From an uncultured Pseudomonadota bacterium (GTDB lineage: Bacteria > Pseudomonadota > Alphaproteobacteria > RF32 > CAG-239): a DNA stretch of 60,396 nucleotides. The notes under the pieces were generated by a model. The model was given only the letters and a program-made list of their open reading frames with translations. It made no database searches and had not been told where the DNA came from. This document shows positions 38,964 through 48,633 of the stretch, piece after piece. The stretch lies in contig CADAAN010000005.1 in the NCBI GenBank assembly GCA_902785935.1, forward strand, positions 1 to 60,396. Direction: 5' to 3'. Both the position numbers and the translations under genes were made by a program. Numbering within the stretch: the stretch's first letter is position 1; each line of letters opens with the position of its first letter.

Positions 38964-39552
38964 TTTGGCGATTATCGGCGTCTTGTCAGCCGGCGGTTTG
39001 GCAGGTTATTCAAAGGCCATGTTCAAACATAAATTGAATACCACTATGGATCAAATCACAATGCTTGTGACGAATATCCGCACAATGTATGGCACACAAG
39101 GAAATTATGCGGGACTTGATGGTAATAAGGCCTATGACTTAGGCATTATTCCAGCAGTGATGGCTGAAGATGGTAGAAAAACAAATGACGGAGTGACCAC
39201 TGGTGGTGTTTCTTTAACAAACCCATTCAAAGGTAGTGTTTCTATTGCAGCAGTCGAAATTAAAACAGGTGATTTAGCATCGGCCACAACAACAGATGCA
39301 ACAAAATCAACAGGTTTTAGCGTAACTTACGATGGTTTGCCGAAAGAAGCTTGCATCGCGTTGTCAACAGCCGATTTTGGTTCAGGAGCAGGTTCTGGTT
39401 TTATCGGCGCTAAAATTACCGGTAAAACACAGTCTGGCACTTATGGCTCTACAACAGAAGGTGACGCCTACACAATGGCAGGAAAAGGTTCTGTCCCCGG
39501 TGCAATAGATGCTTGTAGCGAAAATACAGCTATTACATGGTTTTTCTATTAA
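38917..39552 (+). CDS. Type IV pilin-like / pseudopilin-like protein 1
   Basis: N-terminus MKNNENG|RSMVEMLGVLAIIGVLSAGGLAGY has Gly at -1, Glu at +5 and a hydrophobic helix. Residue +1 is Arg rather than Phe or Met. Confidence 0.7.
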   Translation: MKNNENGRSMVEMLGVLAIIGVLSAGGLAGYSKAMFKHKLNTTMDQITMLVTNIRTMYGTQGNYAGLDGNKAYDLGIIPAVMAEDGRKTNDGVTTGGVSLTNPFKGSVSIAAVEIKTGDLASATTTDATKSTGFSVTYDGLPKEACIALSTADFGSGAGSGFIGAKITGKTQSGTYGSTTEGDAYTMAGKGSVPGAIDACSENTAITWFFY

Positions 39553-39586
39553 TCTTTTGAGTTTAATTCAATAAAGGAATAAAAAT

Positions 39587-40243
39587 ATGAGAAATTTTAA
39601 TGAAAGCGGCCGTTCAATGGTCGAGATGCTTGGTGTGTTAGCTATCATTGGTGTGTTATCCGCCGGTGGTTTAGCAGGCTATTCCAAAGCGATGTTTAAG
39701 CACAAATTGAATACGACGATGGATCAAATTACGATGCTTGTAACAAATATCCGTACGATGTATGGAACGCAAAAAAGCTATGCCGACTTAGATAATGATC
39801 AGGCCTTTAAATTGGGTATTATTCCTCCAGCAATTGCAACGGCTCTGGGAGGTCCATATAGAAATCCATTTAAAGGGAATGTTGTCATTAGTGGTAAAAC
39901 AGCAAAAGCAAGATCAACAGCTCCTGTTGGTACAGCATTTATCGTTCAATATACTGGTTTACCTACAGAGGCATGCATCGCTTTAGCAACAGCTGACTTT
40001 GGTAGCGGTGCCGGTTCAGGTTTTATCGGTGTCACAGTTGATGATGTTGATACACCAAAAATTGGTGAAGGTGATAATGATCCGACTGATATCGCAATTT
40101 ACATAGGTGATGGGGCTGGTAAAACAGCTGATGGTGCTACAGCTGCCACTAAACTACGTGGCGAAGGTGAGGCATATCAAATGTCTGCAGCCATCACAGC
40201 TTGTTCTGGCGCTACAAATAACATTACTTGGAAATTCTACTAA
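39587..40243 (+). CDS. Type IV pilin-like / pseudopilin-like protein 2 (paralog)
   Basis: Residues GRSMVEML...TNIRTMYGTQ are identical to those of protein 1, although the codons carry many synonymous differences. Shared EACIAL.TADFGSGAGSGFIG block and ITW.FY C-terminus, with a variable middle. Confidence 0.7.
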   Translation: MRNFNESGRSMVEMLGVLAIIGVLSAGGLAGYSKAMFKHKLNTTMDQITMLVTNIRTMYGTQKSYADLDNDQAFKLGIIPPAIATALGGPYRNPFKGNVVISGKTAKARSTAPVGTAFIVQYTGLPTEACIALATADFGSGAGSGFIGVTVDDVDTPKIGEGDNDPTDIAIYIGDGAGKTADGATAATKLRGEGEAYQMSAAITACSGATNNITWKFY

Positions 40244-40311
40244 GCGCAAAGCTTAGCAGAATTTACCAAAAAATTATTATGAATCCTTAAAAAAATTCAT
40301 TACGTAATCCG

Positions 40312-40338
40312 CCGCGGGTTTCCTCACCCGCGGTTTTT
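40312..40338 (+). terminator. Rho-independent terminator of the pilin-like pair
   Basis: CCGCGGGT-ttcctc-ACCCGCGG followed by T5. Confidence 0.85.
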
Positions 40339-40368
40339 GTTATTCAAAAAGTGCCGAATTTTTGTTTT

Positions 40369-41232
40369 TTAAAGTGACTTTGCGAGCTCTGAAATACTCT
40401 CGCACAAATCTTTTTGCAAACGCGCATAATCTGCTTTTTTTTCAAAAGTTTTTTCGTCTGCGTACAATGCGCGGTTGACTTCAAGCTGAAGGGTATAAAT
40501 TTTTTGTCGCGGCTCGCAATAATGAAACGTCGTATACGCCCCCGAATAAGGAATATTTTTCAAAACGCTGTAACCTTTTTGAATAAGGCTGTTTTTCAAA
40601 ATATCACTGATTTCAGTCGGACAGCTTTGTAAAAATAAATCTCCGAGGCAAATATCGATTTTGCTGTTTTCATCAACAATCGAACATATTTTAGAGGGCA
40701 TCGAATGACAATCCAAAACAAGACAAAATCCGAATTTTTTAACGCTCGCATCCACAAGTTTTTTCAAATTTTTATGATAATTCAAATAGACATTCTTAAT
40801 GCGTTCCTGCACTTCGGCATATAAAAGCGGTTTTTTATAAATCGGCCGCGAATCGCCCGCAATGCGGTGTATCAACCCGTATCCCGAACGGCAACGGCTG
40901 TTTTCAAAAATGATTTTATCGGACGGATAATCCTCAAACATATGATCGTCAAGTTCAATCTGATCTCGGTTGATATCGATAAACGCACGCGCCATATGCA
41001 TCACAATACCCGTCATAGAGTTATTCAAAAGCGGGCTTAACAAATCATCAACATACAAATCCTCATTGGCGCGCAAATCTTGAAGCGACAAATTCGTCAT
41101 TTCAAAAAACGCCGGCGGAAAAGTTTGTCCCGAATGCGGAACAGACAAAACAATCGGATATTTGATATCTGTCTGATTAAAAACAGAAAAGACATTTAAA
41201 CTGCTGTAATCAATATATTGAGGCTTTTTCAA
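40369..41232 (-). CDS. N-formylglutamate amidohydrolase family protein
   Basis: VLSVPHSGQ, DINRD and LDCHSMPS motifs typical of the FGase family. Confidence 0.65.
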   Translation of the reverse strand: MKKPQYIDYSSLNVFSVFNQTDIKYPIVLSVPHSGQTFPPAFFEMTNLSLQDLRANEDLYVDDLLSPLLNNSMTGIVMHMARAFIDINRDQIELDDHMFEDYPSDKIIFENSRCRSGYGLIHRIAGDSRPIYKKPLLYAEVQERIKNVYLNYHKNLKKLVDASVKKFGFCLVLDCHSMPSKICSIVDENSKIDICLGDLFLQSCPTEISDILKNSLIQKGYSVLKNIPYSGAYTTFHYCEPRQKIYTLQLEVNRALYADEKTFEKKADYARLQKDLCESISELAKSL

Positions 41233-41370
41233 CGGATATTCTCCTTTGTTTATCTTGAGTGTATGATAAAAAATAAGTCTTAACTTTTTATAAAAATAAA
41301 AAAAAATTGTAAAAAAATAAAAAAAGTTCTTGCAATGTTAAAAAGTTTGTGCTATTCAAGCCTCACTTTC

Positions 41371-41429
<59 letters not shown>

Positions 41430-41447
<18 letters not shown>

Positions 41448-41479
41448 ATCAAAATACCGACCTTCATGGTCGGTTTTTT
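41430..41479 (+). repeat. Direct repeat 1: tRNA-Val 3' end plus its terminator
   Basis: gtcttgtcatacccaccaatcaaaataccgaccttcatggtcggtttttt. Confidence 0.9.
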
Positions 41480-41619
41480 GTTGGTGCAAATAATAAAAAA
41501 CCGCTCGAACTTGTGAACAGCAAATTCGACTACAAGCGAAAGCGAGACGGATGTATCGCGGTCGCTATAAGCGATGAGCGCAGTGAACGTGCAAACATTT
41601 GAAAAATGTTTGCTAAGTA

Positions 41620-41671
41620 GTCTTCTCATACCCACCAATTAAAAAAACCGACCTTCATGGTCGGTTTTTTT
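41620..41671 (+). repeat. Direct repeat 2: second copy of the tRNA-Val 3' end plus terminator
   Basis: gtcttctcatacccaccaattaaaaaaaccgaccttcatggtcggttttttt, 190 bp downstream of repeat 1. Confidence 0.9.
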
Positions 41672-41707
41672 ATACAACAAGGAGCGCCATCCACATGGCG
41701 GGTGTTT

Positions 41708-43090
41708 TTATAAGAAATACTGTCTTAAATAATTCGGCAAATCTGCCGTATTAATACGAACTTGATCCATCGTGTCACGATCACGAATGGTCACAGATTC
41801 CGGCTTGTTTTCAATTGTTTCAAAATCAACCGTCAGGCAAAGCGGAGTACCGACCTCATCATGGCGACGATAGGCCTTGCCAATATTGCCGGTGTTTTCA
41901 AGCGCGATTCTACCGATACCGAGTTTCATCAACTTATTTTTCAGTTCATGGCATTTTTGCATAATGGCCTCGCTGTTCTTTTTAAGCGGAATAATTGCAA
42001 CTTTAATCGGAGCCAAATGTTTTTTGAGCTTTAAGACAATTCGGCTGTTTCCTTCGCCTAAATCTTCTTCGGTATAAGCTTCTGTCATCACAGCCAAAAC
42101 ACCGCGGTCAACCCCCATTGAAGGCTCAATCACAAACGGAATAACCCATTTACCCGCCTCATCATCACGGATGCAAAGCTTGGTCGTCGAATCGGGGTTT
42201 TGGTGGCAATGTGCCTCTAACTCAAATTCTTCTTGAGATTTGGTGTGGTTGCCCAAGTCATAATCGCGACGATTAGCAATACCCTCTAATTCTTCCATAC
42301 CATGCGGAAACTGATATTCAATATCATAGCAGGCTTTGGCATAGTGCGCCAAATCATCATGCGGCGTTGTATAAATATTCATATGCTCGCGTTTCAAACC
42401 CTGTTCAAGCCACCAATTAATGCGTGCCTCTTTCCAAAGTTCGTGATATTTTTCATCCTGCCCCGGATAAACAAAATATTCAAGCTCGGCCTGTTCAAAC
42501 TCACGCACGCGGAAAATAAAGTTTCGCGGGGTGATTTCGTTTCTGAAAGATTTACCGATTTGCGCAATACCGAAAGGCAATTTGCGCGATGTCGAATCAA
42601 CAACGTTCTTAAACTGTGTAAAAATCGCCTGTGCCGTTTCAGGACGCAAATAGGCCAAATTCTCATCCGATTCGACAGGACCGACCTGTGTCTTAAACAT
42701 CAAATTAAAAGGTCTAGGTTCGGTCAGCTCGGTTGAACCGCAATTCGGGCATTTGCCGTCTTTGATATGGTCTGCTCTGAAGCGGCCTTTGCACTTTTTG
42801 CAGTCACACATCGGATCAGAAAATGTATCTTCATGACCTGAATATTTCAAAACTTTTCGATTGGTTAAAATGGCGGCATCCAAACCTTCAACATCATCGC
42901 GTTCATAAACCATTGCGCGCCACCATGCAGCTTTAAGGTTGTTTTTGAGCTCAACACCGAGCGGACCATAGTCATATACGCCTTGCATACCGCCATATAT
43001 ATCGGCGTTTTGAAAGATAAAACCTCTGCGTTTGCATAAAGATACAAGCTGATCCATTGTTGTTGCTGCCATAATAAAAAAATCCTTCAT
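41708..43090 (-). CDS. glyQS: Glycine--tRNA ligase, single-chain (alpha2) type
   Basis: [53 protein letters not shown], and the class II anticodon-binding C-terminus. The start may instead be ATG 43072. Confidence 0.92.
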   Translation of the reverse strand: MKDFFIMAATTMDQLVSLCKRRGFIFQNADIYGGMQGVYDYGPLGVELKNNLKAAWWRAMVYERDDVEGLDAAILTNRKVLKYSGHEDTFSDPMCDCKKCKGRFRADHIKDGKCPNCGSTELTEPRPFNLMFKTQVGPVESDENLAYLRPETAQAIFTQFKNVVDSTSRKLPFGIAQIGKSFRNEITPRNFIFRVREFEQAELEYFVYPGQDEKYHELWKEARINWWLEQGLKREHMNIYTTPHDDLAHYAKACYDIEYQFPHGMEELEGIANRRDYDLGNHTKSQEEFELEAHCHQNPDSTTKLCIRDDEAGKWVIPFVIEPSMGVDRGVLAVMTEAYTEEDLGEGNSRIVLKLKKHLAPIKVAIIPLKKNSEAIMQKCHELKNKLMKLGIGRIALENTGNIGKAYRRHDEVGTPLCLTVDFETIENKPESVTIRDRDTMDQVRINTADLPNYLRQYFL

Positions 43091-43197
43091 TAATCTTTTG
43101 TTTTAAAACTTTTGTCGTTTTAGCTTAAATTTTTTCAAAATGCAAGCAAATGTTTGAGTTTGAAACGATTTTTTTCTTTGTATAAAAAAATTTTTCT

Positions 43198-43226
43198 TTA
43201 CAAAACAATATTTCTTTGCTAAAATA
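43198..43226 (+). promoter_or_regulatory. Putative sigma70 promoter of leader copy D
   Basis: TTTACA (43198-43203), 17-nt spacer, TAAAAT (43221-43226). Confidence 0.55.
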
Positions 43227-43232
43227 AAACCA

Positions 43233-43462
43233 CGATGGAAGTGATTTCATTGAGAACCGAGAGGTTCGGGGCTGTAGCAGGCTCTATGTTCAGTGATACC
43301 AGAAATGGTATCCTTTTAGGATGCCTTTTTTTGGTATTTAAATCCCCGCTCGGGTGGGGAGATTATGGCGTATGTACAAGCCTTAAAGCTAAAGGTCATA
43401 ATGGTCATTACACTGAACATGATTTGCTAACTCCCCTGCCGCTCAATTGAGCGGATTTTTTT
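43233..43462 (+). promoter_or_regulatory. Structured two-terminator 5' leader RNA, family copy D
   Basis: GAACC..GGUUC hairpin, terminator 1 GGUAUCCU/AGGAUGCC + U7 (43307-43332), UCCCC..GGGGA hairpin, UUAUG...CAUAA helix enclosing GUAUGUACA..CUAAAG, GGUCAUU, AUGAUU, CUCCCC, and terminator 2 CCGCUC/GAGCGG + U7 (43439-43462). Confidence 0.7.
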
Positions 43463-43465
43463 GTA

Positions 43466-43541
43466 ATGACGTTAACAATAACAACGTCATCCTGAACTTG
43501 TTTCAGGATCTTTTTAGATCCCGAAATAAATTCGGGATGAC
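43466..43541. repeat. Nested-palindrome (three-hairpin) MITE/REP-like element between leader D and the RBS
   Basis: ATGACGTT..AACGTCAT, ATCCTGAA..TTCAGGAT and GATCCCGAA..TTCGGGAT hairpins, closed by outer complementarity GTCATCC...GGATGAC. Absent from the equivalent position in copies A, B, C, E and F. Confidence 0.5.
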
Positions 43542-43558
43542 AGAATAGGAGAAATAAT

Positions 43559-44686
43559 ATGAAGAAATATGTTTTGATTTTAGGAATACTCGCAAGTTTT
43601 AACGCACAAGCAAATGAAGGTTGGAAAAATTGCGATGATGAAGGCAGCTCAAATTGTGAATATCAAATCAAAGACGGCGTTTTAACCGTCCGTCCGCAGG
43701 ATGATACGCAACCTGCAAATATTCCGGATTTCGCAAGAGATTGTTCAATGACACGGTATTCTGAGTGTACGACAACCGCACCATGGAAATGGGATGAGAA
43801 TACAAATACGATAACAACCTTAAAAGTTGAAAATGGTATCACTTCTATCGGATCAGATGCTTTTGAAGATATGCCTTTTACAACGGCACACTTGCCCGAC
43901 ACCTTAACTTCAATCGGAAGTTTTGCTTTTCTAGAATCAGGTAAGTTAGGGTACATTAATTTACCGAACAAGCTTGAAACAATAGGTGATTATGCTTTTA
44001 CCTCCAATTTCTCAAGTCAAAATAATAATATTGTTATTATTCCTGATTCGGTTAATGAAGTTGGAAAGTATGTTTTTTCAGGAGGAACGGAGAGAATTGT
44101 CGTGGGTGGAAATACGAATCTTGACCCTGATGCATTAATTTATTACGGACAAACAAGCACGAAAATCCAGTTTAACCATTTTACAATGTATTGCGCCGAA
44201 AGTAATACATCTTGCCAAGAAGCGATTGAAAAAGCTTTGAATTTTGCAAAAAATGCCGGAAATGCTGATGTCTCTGCACAAGCTTCTGATTTTCTTACAA
44301 CTTACACCAAGGACGATAACGGATTTTATCAAATCGGTGATAAACTTTATGCAACGGCAGATTTGATGACCAAAGGCGCTGCTTGTGATAATCCGCAAAA
44401 CTGCCGAGATATTTTAGATGCCGCATCACAAGGCAAGCCTTTTGAAGTCGGCGGCAAATATTACGCTACGCTTGATTTGTTTGCAAGGGGCGCGGCTTGC
44501 ACGGACAAACAAAATTGTGAAGATATTTTGGCCTCAAACGGGGCGCCTTTCAAAGTCGGTTCAAAAATCTACAATTCGATGGAAGATTTTGCTTTAGGCA
44601 ACAATATCAAATTCCGCATCTACACCATCGATGAGGCGAATGAGGTCGCGGGAAAGACAAATTCCTTCAAAATCAGGTATCGCTAG
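43559..44686 (+). CDS. Secreted BspA-type LRR protein with C-terminal tag
   Basis: Signal peptide MKKYVLILGILASFNAQA. LRR units such as ITSIGSDAFEDM..LPDTLTSIGSFAF..LPNKLETIGDYAF. Three GxKxY..DL..G modules. Ends FRIYTIDEANEVAGKTNSFKIRYR*. Confidence 0.85.
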   Translation: MKKYVLILGILASFNAQANEGWKNCDDEGSSNCEYQIKDGVLTVRPQDDTQPANIPDFARDCSMTRYSECTTTAPWKWDENTNTITTLKVENGITSIGSDAFEDMPFTTAHLPDTLTSIGSFAFLESGKLGYINLPNKLETIGDYAFTSNFSSQNNNIVIIPDSVNEVGKYVFSGGTERIVVGGNTNLDPDALIYYGQTSTKIQFNHFTMYCAESNTSCQEAIEKALNFAKNAGNADVSAQASDFLTTYTKDDNGFYQIGDKLYATADLMTKGAACDNPQNCRDILDAASQGKPFEVGGKYYATLDLFARGAACTDKQNCEDILASNGAPFKVGSKIYNSMEDFALGNNIKFRIYTIDEANEVAGKTNSFKIRYR

Positions 44687-44862
44687 ATTAGCGTAAAACA
44701 AAAAAACAGATTTTTCTTTTAAGAAGGTCTGTTTTTTTTGCAAAAATACAAAAATTTTTACACCTTTTGCTTGACTTTTAAAAAAACAGTATTAAAAGTA
44801 TCTCGCTAGCAATTTTTTAAGGGGCATAAAGGCCTCTTTATAAATCGATTTTAAGGAACGTT

Positions 44863-46950
44863 ATGTCTGAAAAAGAAAATCAAGATTCAAATATGGATTC
44901 GCCGTTGCTTGACTCATTGGGTCATGCCGTTAAAATCCTTATTGAAAAAGGTAAAAGTACAGGTTATATCACCGTTGAAGAACTTAATAAAGCTCTGCCA
45001 TCTGAAAAAGAAACATCAGAAAAAATCGAAGATATCATGTCGAGCATTTCAGACCTCGGCATCAGTTTGATTTCTGAAGCTGAAGCTGATGATTTTGAGG
45101 CTGAAGAGCCTATTGACGATGAAGATGCCGATATTGATGAAAGCGGCAACTTTGATGAAAAAGAACTAAGCAGATCTGATGATCCTGTCAGAATGTATTT
45201 ACGCGAGATGGGCGCGGTTGAGCTTTTGTCACGTGAGGGTGAAATTGCCATTGCCAAGCGTATTGAAGCAGGAAACACCGTGATGATCGGCGGTTTGTGC
45301 GAAAGCCCGCTGACCCTAAAAGCTATTGCCTCGTGGAGAGATGAGCTTGTCGGTGGCACCATGCACTTGAGAGATATTGTTGACTTAGAAATGATGTATG
45401 GTGATGACAGTGAGGCAATCTCTTTTGACGATGATGATAATCAGCCTGTTGACTTGGAAAAAGTCGATAAAGATTTGCTTTCTCAAAATCTTGATGATAT
45501 GGATGGTGATTTGCCGTCGGATCTTGATAATGCTTCAAAAGCAAACCGCGATGATGATATGGTTCAAGACACTGAAGATGATGGCGCGTTGAACAATGAT
45601 ACATCTCTTGATGACGACGATGGAATGTCTGATGTTGAAAGTGATGATTCTTCAGATGAAGAAGGCGTACTCGGACGCAATACGGCATCTGTTTCTGTTA
45701 TGGAAAGTACATTGATGGAACCCGTTCTTGAGATTTTGAACAAAATTTCAAGTTATTATGACGATTTGAAAAAAATTCAAGAACAGCGCATGCATGCCAT
45801 CATCAGCGGTAAGACTGTTCCCTCCAAAGTTGAAAAGAAATATCTTGAGGTAAAAAAAGATTTGATTGAGCTGATGAGTTCTATCCATTTAAACACAACA
45901 CGAATCGAACAGCTTGTTGAACAATTAAATGAAATGAACAAACGTTTGATGGGCTTTGAAGGAAAATTGATGCGCTATGCGCTGGCCTGCAAAATCAAAC
46001 GTGAAGATTTTCTGTCATCTTATCAAAAATCCGAGATGGATCCGAACTGGCTTGAAGATATCAAAAACAAAAAAGACAAACATTGGGATATCTTCGTTGA
46101 GCGCTATGGTGATGAAATACGTGAATTGCGCAGCGGCATTATTGAAATGGCGGAAGACTGCGGTTTGACCATAAGCGAATACAGAAAAATGGTTGAAACC
46201 ATTAAACATGGTGAACGTGAGGCAGAACGCGCCAAAAAAGAAATGATTGAAGCCAACTTGCGACTCGTGATTTCTATTGCTAAAAAGTATACAAATCGCG
46301 GTATGCAATTTTTGGATTTAATTCAAGAAGGCAACATCGGTTTGATGAAAGCGGTGGATAAGTTTGAATATCGCAGAGGCTATAAATTTTCAACATATGC
46401 CACATGGTGGATCAGACAGGCCATCACCCGTTCAATCGCAGATCAGGCACGCACCATAAGAATACCTGTCCATATGATTGAAACAATCAACAAGCTTGTG
46501 CGTACATCACGCCAAATGCTTGCCGAAACAGGGCATGAGCCTGTGCCGGAAGAGCTTGCAAAACGGCTTTCAATGCCGCTTGATAAAATCCGCAAGGTTA
46601 TGAAAATTGCCAAAGAGCCGGTCAGCTTGGAAGCTCCTGTTGGTGATGAAGAAGATTCTTCACTCGGTGATTTTATTGCTGATGAAAGCGCATTGCAACC
46701 TTTGGATTCAGCTATTCATTCCAACTTGAAAGAAACTTGCACAAAGATTTTATCATCTTTAACACCACGTGAAGAGCGTGTTTTGAGAATGCGATTCGGT
46801 ATCGGGATGAACACGGATCATACATTAGAAGAGGTCGGTCAGCAATTTAACGTAACGCGTGAACGTATCCGCCAGATTGAAGCTAAAGCTTTGCGTAAAT
46901 TAAAGCATCCGAGCCGGTCACGTCGTTTACGTTCGTTTTTAGATCAATAA
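44863..46950 (+). CDS. rpoD: RNA polymerase primary sigma factor RpoD
   Basis: Regions 1.2-4.2 are recognisable ([95 protein letters not shown]). Long acidic insert. Confidence 0.97.
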   Translation: MSEKENQDSNMDSPLLDSLGHAVKILIEKGKSTGYITVEELNKALPSEKETSEKIEDIMSSISDLGISLISEAEADDFEAEEPIDDEDADIDESGNFDEKELSRSDDPVRMYLREMGAVELLSREGEIAIAKRIEAGNTVMIGGLCESPLTLKAIASWRDELVGGTMHLRDIVDLEMMYGDDSEAISFDDDDNQPVDLEKVDKDLLSQNLDDMDGDLPSDLDNASKANRDDDMVQDTEDDGALNNDTSLDDDDGMSDVESDDSSDEEGVLGRNTASVSVMESTLMEPVLEILNKISSYYDDLKKIQEQRMHAIISGKTVPSKVEKKYLEVKKDLIELMSSIHLNTTRIEQLVEQLNEMNKRLMGFEGKLMRYALACKIKREDFLSSYQKSEMDPNWLEDIKNKKDKHWDIFVERYGDEIRELRSGIIEMAEDCGLTISEYRKMVETIKHGEREAERAKKEMIEANLRLVISIAKKYTNRGMQFLDLIQEGNIGLMKAVDKFEYRRGYKFSTYATWWIRQAITRSIADQARTIRIPVHMIETINKLVRTSRQMLAETGHEPVPEELAKRLSMPLDKIRKVMKIAKEPVSLEAPVGDEEDSSLGDFIADESALQPLDSAIHSNLKETCTKILSSLTPREERVLRMRFGIGMNTDHTLEEVGQQFNVTRERIRQIEAKALRKLKHPSRSRRLRSFLDQ

Positions 46951-47081
46951 TCTTGTATTTTATGAAAATAAAAAATTCTCCTTTGTTATCAAAACAAGGA
47001 GGATTTTTTTATGTTTACAAAATTAAAATTGAAATTGTGAAAAAAACACTTATCGCTTATTTTAAAAAAAAGGAGAATGGT

Positions 47082-47654
47082 ATGACAATTGTTGCTATTT
47101 GGTGCCGACACAAGGACGATAACATTATCGGCATCGGGCCGAAAATTCCGTGGCACGTTTCATCGGATTTTAAGCGTTTCAGGCGCATCACAGAGGGGGC
47201 AAGCATAATTGCCGGACAAACGACGTATGAAAGTTTTCCGAACAAAACTTTGCCCAATCGCAAAATTTATGTTTTGACATTTAATGCAGAATATGAAGTT
47301 TCTGATAAAAAAAATCACTTTATCATAACGGATATCAACGATTTTAAGAATATTGAAGACACGCTTTATATCTCAGGCGGTGCCAGTGTTTATAAAGCTT
47401 TTATGACATCTGATATTTCTCTGATGCCGGATATCGTGATTGACTGTATGTACATGGGAGATTTGGATAATACGCTTGAAGGCAAAAGGGTTGATATTAC
47501 GCCCTGCATTGAAGCGATTGGGGCAAAATACAAACAGATTTCACAGGATTATCTTGAAGATAATATTTTAACTCGTGTTTATGTTAAAAAAGGCGAATTT
47601 ACACCTCAAAATGCGCTTAAACACATTATTGAAGCCATTGAAAACAAAGGATAA
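47082..47654 (+). CDS. folA: Dihydrofolate reductase
   Basis: Start at 47082 after [33 protein letters not shown] and ISGGASVY motifs. Immediately upstream of thyA. Confidence 0.85.
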   Translation: MTIVAIWCRHKDDNIIGIGPKIPWHVSSDFKRFRRITEGASIIAGQTTYESFPNKTLPNRKIYVLTFNAEYEVSDKKNHFIITDINDFKNIEDTLYISGGASVYKAFMTSDISLMPDIVIDCMYMGDLDNTLEGKRVDITPCIEAIGAKYKQISQDYLEDNILTRVYVKKGEFTPQNALKHIIEAIENKG

Positions 47655-47658
47655 AAGA

Positions 47659-48444
47659 ATGAAGCAATACCTTGATTTGTTAAAAGATATTATGGAAAAC
47701 GGCGTTGATAAAATGGACAGGACAGGCGTTGGGACGCGCTCTGTTTTCGGCAGGCAAATGCGTTTTGATTTAAGCGAAGGTTTTCCGCTTGTCACAACAA
47801 AAAAAGTACACCTTAAAAGCATCATTTATGAGCTGTTGTGGTTTATTAAAGGTGACACAAACGTCAAATATTTACAAGACCACGGGGTCAGAATTTGGAA
47901 TGAATGGGCAGATGAAAACGGTGACTTAGGCCCTGTTTATGGTGCACAATGGCGTAACTTCAACAACGAAGGCATTGATCAGCTTTCAGATGTGATTGAG
48001 CGGATAAAAAAAACACCAAACGACCGCCGCTTGATTGTCACGGCTTGGAATCCGTCACAAATCGGGCAAATGAAGTTGCCACCCTGTCATATGATGTTTC
48101 AATTTTACGTTGCAAACGGCAAATTGTCGTGCATGCTTTATCAACGTTCCTGCGATATGTTTTTGGGTGTGCCGTTTAATATAGCCTCATATGCTTTGCT
48201 AACGATGATGATTGCACAGGTTTGCTCGCTTCAACCCGGTGAATTTGTGCATACATTGGGCGATACGCATATTTACCACAACCATTTTGATCAGGTCAGG
48301 TTGCAGCTTTCGCGCACCCCGCTTAAATTGCCACAAATGAAAATCAACCCTGAAGTCAAAGACATCAACGATTTTCGCTTTGAAGATTTTGAGCTTGTCG
48401 GTTATGAAAGCTATGATGCCATCAAAGCTCAGGTTGCTGTTTGA
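47659..48444 (+). CDS. thyA: Thymidylate synthase (ThyA)
   Basis: [45 protein letters not shown] and [21 protein letters not shown]. Confidence 0.97.
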   Translation: MKQYLDLLKDIMENGVDKMDRTGVGTRSVFGRQMRFDLSEGFPLVTTKKVHLKSIIYELLWFIKGDTNVKYLQDHGVRIWNEWADENGDLGPVYGAQWRNFNNEGIDQLSDVIERIKKTPNDRRLIVTAWNPSQIGQMKLPPCHMMFQFYVANGKLSCMLYQRSCDMFLGVPFNIASYALLTMMIAQVCSLQPGEFVHTLGDTHIYHNHFDQVRLQLSRTPLKLPQMKINPEVKDINDFRFEDFELVGYESYDAIKAQVAV

Positions 48445-48633
48445 GGCAAGAAGCTACACCCGTAAAATTAATTTTGAAGCAATGCTAAGCAAAAAAAAAC
48501 AAAACCCTGATTTTTTATCAAGGTTTTATTTTTATTGATAGGCTTTTTAAGACAAGAAACTAGCTTTTAATTTTTCTCATCATATTTTCCCATACATAAG
48601 GTTCAAACGCATTCATGGCATCTATTTCCTGTT

